Source: Tubiluchus corallicola (taxonomy: Eukaryota; Animalia; Priapulida). Taken from it: a stretch of 64,000 nucleotides of DNA. Below the pieces are notes generated by a model. It worked only from the letters and a program-made list of their open reading frames with translations. It was not told where the DNA came from and searched no databases. Below are positions 59,186 through 64,000 of the stretch, one piece after another. Position numbers and translations under genes: made by a program. The number at the start of each line of letters is the position of its first letter. The first letter of the stretch is position 1. The stretch is taken from positions 93,078 through 157,077 of the forward strand of contig JAQGDQ010000518.1 in assembly GCA_030141605.1 (NCBI GenBank), in the 5' to 3' direction.

Positions 59186-59469
59186 TTAAGATGTCGACGA
59201 TGAAGCAAAATACATTGCAGGAAACCAGATGCTAAAACTGACGAGTAACAGCCTTGTGCCAATGTCAAAGAATGGTAATTCTGCAGTGTTATATGTGTCT
59301 TGCATTAGATGCATGTGTTGTTTCATGGCTGGCTTCAACAGTACTAACCATATCATGAGTATTGTCAGCATTACCCACATTGTATAGTAAACTGGCAGGC
59401 AAGCACATGGGATCGTCGCTGCACCTTCTTCACTGTATTTTTCTTGTTCCAGGATCTTCTTCATATCAC
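59186..59469 (-). CDS. Terminal exon of an unidentified gene encoding two hydrophobic segments
   Basis: Acceptor ctttcag| at 59470-59471, then an open frame DMKKILEQEKYSEEGAATIPCACLPVYYTMWVMLTILMIWLVLLKPA...RLLLVSFSIWFPAMYFASSSTS* with two TM-like stretches. Possible upstream exons near 62401-62635 could not be joined in phase. The family was not recognised. Confidence 0.5.
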
Positions 59470-59753
59470 CTGAAAGTGTGAAAAAGTTAATATCTATTTA
59501 GCCTACTACAACGTATATACGTGAACAACTTTATTTAAAATGTACAATTATTACTCAGATTTTTCAATTTCCGACGAAATAGTATAATTTCGTGTATTAA
59601 CTCGTAGATGACAGATTACAAGCAGCAGTTGCAACGTATTTATCGACAATGGCTTTTCCCTTCACAAGCAGTGGCGGCTCGTGTATAGGTACTGTGGTGC
59701 TGCAGAACCCCCTGTTTTCACTCATTATTAAAGATAATATTCAATATAATGAG

Positions 59754-59922
59754 TCTTTTTCCTTTAGTTCTTTCTGTATACTTGTGCAGAACCGGAGCAC
59801 GTGAGGGAAATACAATTTACTTCACAGCCCAAGCAACGTGGTTTGGCTGCTGCGCGCAAATTATACTTCCCTTACGTGCTCCGGTTCTGCACAAGTATAC
59901 ATAAAGAACTAAAGAAAAAAGA
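59754..59922. repeat. Long near-perfect palindrome/hairpin
   Basis: Arm 59754-59818 is the reverse complement of 59858-59922 with few mismatches. Confidence 0.85.
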
Positions 59923-60376
59923 TTATTATATCGCACTATTATTATTATATGCGGCCATGAGCACATGTCTGAGATAAGACGCTGTGCTTTAGGTAGAAAG
60001 AGTACTGTCAGCTGTACTCTGAAGAGTCATATTTTTTGTTTGGCATCCATTACTTAAATTACTTTCCAGCACTGACAAATCTTTTTCAAGGCGTTCTTTC
60101 ATGCTAAAATTCTCACTTTTTTTAAAACCTAGTTGGGCTGGAAGTTGCGAGCGCCGAACAAACGAAACGTTTAACTACAGCGTATTAACTCCGCATTCAG
60201 TTATAAATGCAGGTACAAGTACTCTTAGCGTTAAATACGTAAACTATATAAACGTATAATCACTAGCCTCTAAAATTTAATAAGAATTTGGTGTAGCAAA
60301 GGAAATTGTGACATATTATGGCATGTTGCGTACACTTAGTTGTAGTAGGTATGTATATACTACATCAAGCATGGGG

Positions 60377-60537
60377 CATGTAGCGTCATCTATTGGCACA
60401 AAGAAGTATAAACAAGCTGGTTATACTCCAAAGTGTTCATGTTTTATAAATCGATTAGCATGTAGCGACATCCATTGGCACAAAGAAGTATAAACAAGCT
60501 TGTTATACTTGAACATGTCTATGTTTTATCAATCGAT
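60377..60537. repeat. Two-copy ~80-bp tandem duplication
   Basis: gcatgtagcg.catc.attggcacaaagaagtataaacaagct.gttatact...atgttttat.aatcgat occurs twice. Confidence 0.85.
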
Positions 60538-63500
60538 GTTTAGCCTACTTTCGTCAAACCGCAAAACGCACTACATTACAGCTAAAACATGAAAGTCATC
60601 TCGCGTTTTTTTAATTAAGACTTTTGATAATTAGAATGACACAGTTATTCTCAATGACAAAGAACGGCGACGATGTATTATAATTTCTTTACAATAATAA
60701 TTATTATATCTATATATATATATATAGATATATTATATAATTATATATAATTATATCTATATAATTTATTACATAGCCTAGTCGATCACACTAAAATGTT
60801 TAGGTCTGCATCAGTTCATTATTATTGAAGTAGTTATTAACAAAATTAGTGCATCTATAAGTCAAGACCTGGAAGCCATTTGTTTTTTTGGTTCAAAAAA
60901 TCCAAGGTCAAGGTCAGAAGATCACAAATGTCAAAATAATTTACTGCCCATAGTTGCTTCATCTCAGATGGTGGATCTACTGTTAGATGTTATCAAGCCT
61001 CTCATCTAATGTGATTCTACAGAACTGATGACTTATTTTACTTTATACTAAACTGTAACAAAGCGAAATGTAGTCAGATATACTATATATATAAGTAAAA
61101 TCTCTAATCCTCAGTCCTGGTCATCCGCCTAAACTTTATGTCCATTATATGCTGCTCAAATCATAAATTAATTTAAAATGGAAAATTTCGTTTGTCATGA
61201 TAATTATTTTGAACCAGGAAGCAATACTTGGCATTGCACGAATGACCTACAATCAGCGTAGTAGCTATTTGTTCGACCCAGTGATGAATAATTTCTGAGC
61301 GTAATTAGTATTGAGGAACCACAGCTCAAATGTAAAATGTACAACTAGAATCTGGTTGTACAATCTAGAACCAATTACAGAGATGGTTCGTCCAAGGTGC
61401 TAATCACCAAACTAATAATTTTATGACAAACATGTACATTTGCAGAGGTCTGTAGCACACAACATGATCAGGTGACCCCAGAGTTAAAATGTTAACCCAG
61501 AGGTATATGTTATGTTTCTAAAACTGTTTTACAAACAATATGAACCCCCATATAATGCACTTCATTAAATAAAAGTTAAAAACACTATCGCAGGTTTAGT
61601 TTTGGCGCCTAAACATCAATCAGAGTTTTTAATTTTTTCTAGAACAGGGCAAGTGTTACACTGCCAACAATTTTCTAAATAATAAAAATAAGTAAATAAC
61701 GTAAAGAAAATGTGTTACTTTTTCCGTGCTATCAATCTATCTATCTCTCTCTCTCTAACCAGTGCATTGGAAATCTCTATTGCAGGTTCAATTCTTGTGT
61801 TTTTATACAGCACAGCACTGTAAGCCCCGATTCAGTATCCAACGCCAGACGTATTCTTAATTATTAATTGTTGTAGCGAGACCGTTACCTAAATCATTAC
61901 AAATGCTAATCCTCTACGATGAGATGTGCACCAATAGCAGCATCTTTGGGTGCGTGTGCATTATCCCCCAGAACCCTCACAAAGGTAAATACCCTCGGAC
62001 AAATGCCCTAAGTACTAAGCAGTTTTCCAGATGTCAATTATCCATTCACTGGCCAGGTTCGGCGCACGCTTAACTTTGCTTACTAAATAGTCAAGCACAA
62101 ACTTTTACCACTCACATGATAAAACGTTGGGTGAGTTGTTATTTTTATTAACTTGGAGGCAGATCTCATTCAAGGTATATATCGAGTCACGTGAGCCAAC
62201 CGCGCCTCAACGTTTTCCACTGGCACAGCAGTGTCTAGTTTTTTTTAGTATTACTGAGCACTGTGTTTACCAGTCTTGAGAGTAGATTTGTTTCATTTTA
62301 AGAGTTTAACCTGCCCATTGGCAACAATAGACGTAATTGGCATCTATGATGATGATGATGACGACGACGACGACGACGATGAAAGGAAAGTATTACATAC
62401 AGACGTTGAAATCTAGCTTTCTGCATCGTGTCCATGCTCATACTGAGTTCGTTCATCGTACTGTATTTATTTCTTGACTGATATTCATTTCTGTGTTCCT
62501 TCTACAGGCAAATAAATTAAATTTTCCAGCGTAACGGCCGATTGCAAACTTCTTGGAAAGTTTATAAAATTTTTTAACATACCGCCCGTCCCTACTAATG
62601 CCAGAATTTACGAAACTGGCATCAGAAGTCTCCATTTTACGAACTTTGTGAACTTAAAACAGAGATGTCAGCTTTGACCTTGCCACAGTGTGCACGCTGA
62701 TGCTTCGATTTTTGATCAATCTCGCTTTCCGTGATCATAAAGTGTTTCGTAAAATTACAATTGATTTTAATAACAAAACAGCAGTTACTTACACCTTTAC
62801 GGCCAAGCTAACCTCTGTAACGGTTACTGACCTAAATTTTCCGGATCTGATGTAATACAATAACATTATAATAGCGCTCATGTAAGCCCAACAAATTACC
62901 ATTATTGTTACTGGTCGACCTACGACACAGTTAACTGTCAAGCATGAAAATGCAACGCATTTTCATTTCCCTGTTTACATTACTTTCTATGGTATTTCAC
63001 ATTTGACTGATTCATCATTTAACGTTTTACTATTATCGCTGAGAAATCTAGCAATTCTGTTCACTTCCTACTAGAGCTCTGTGTTATTGTACGGTAAAAA
63101 CTGCTCTGGACAAAGCTATGTCTATTTGACCCAGAATCTGATTACATAAGAGCCTACGTACTGCAAATGCATAGAGGGAATAATGGGGCACGGAGCCGCG
63201 CAATAGGTATTAAGTCCGAAAATCGGTGGCACATATCCCACAATTTCAGGAATTTTCACATTTTGTACTTGCCGTTACCAATTACCCGCATGTGCTGAAT
63301 AGCTCGACTGTTTCTGAAGTTGGCTTTCAACAAGAATGAAATCCAGCACTAAAAAACAAGGCCTATTTAACACAAATGATTGTGGCAAGACAGGAATCTG
63401 TACAATATTAAACAAACTCATCTAATATGAAACCCTGTAGCCGGCAGGAGGTCTTAGCCAGAGGTTTGCAAGAGAGTGTTCTCCCAGTGTGTTATAGCTC

Positions 63501-64000
63501 AGGCAGAAAGGAAATGAAACTCCACAATGACAGTTTCTGAACTATTAATAAACAACTTCAACTAAACTATTTTTGATGTACTTCTTAGATCTTACTGCTT
63601 AGACCTCTTATTAGCTACTTACTTGTTTATACCGCCGACCATTGTATAAGTTTCCTTGTAGTAACATAACAGCCTCATTTTCTCTCTGTGTTTATATACC
63701 ATATCACAAATTGTGTTGAAATTCTGTTCTATAACTTATACTATACATTCTAGCGACAGCCAGAAATTTAACATCTGTGGCGTTCCGGGGCAAGTATCTA
63801 CTGCGCATTATTAGTATTGACATTTTGTGCTTTTCGTGTTTTATCTTTTATGCTTATTGTACTTGTGATTATGTTAACTAAAAAAATATTAAAACTCCCC
63901 AAAACTTCCTCCAGTTCACAGGTGGCAGAGTGCAGTATTTACCGGTAATTACATGCAAGAGCTTGTGTTTGCGTTAACAGCACTCACATGCATTGTAACT

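Overview
AT-rich, intron-rich animal genomic DNA, probably an invertebrate bilaterian (the taxon is inferred). Most ORF-track entries are spurious or are exon fragments, so I assembled spliced genes by hand from splice sites, phase continuity and family motifs. (1) A minus-strand SLC44/CTL2-type choline transporter-like gene: 20 coding exons, 27202 down to 2331, with the 3' end off the left edge; it contains one GC-AG intron and one U12-type intron. (2) A 7-exon plus-strand Bmt2-type rRNA m1A methyltransferase (33262-38216) resembling fungal Bmt2 more than SAMTOR. (3) A 3-exon HNK-1/CHST11-type carbohydrate sulfotransferase (41153-44513). (4) An orphan CtBP terminal exon (46155-46528). (5) A 2-exon prokineticin-receptor-like GPCR (48456-57830). 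(6) The last exon of an unidentified minus-strand membrane-protein gene (59186-59469). The most unusual region is the 8.3-kb GPCR intron. It holds an RTE LINE fragment, a 60-bp tandem array and a ~2.26-kb cassette bounded by ~240-bp inverted repeats and (TA)n runs. Inside the cassette are a (TACT)n array, a 5S rRNA-derived fragment and an intact antisense C-type lectin exon (QPD/WND) that the ORF track missed. Many MITE-like elements and micro/minisatellites are also present. All coordinates and similarities were read by eye; no searches were run.
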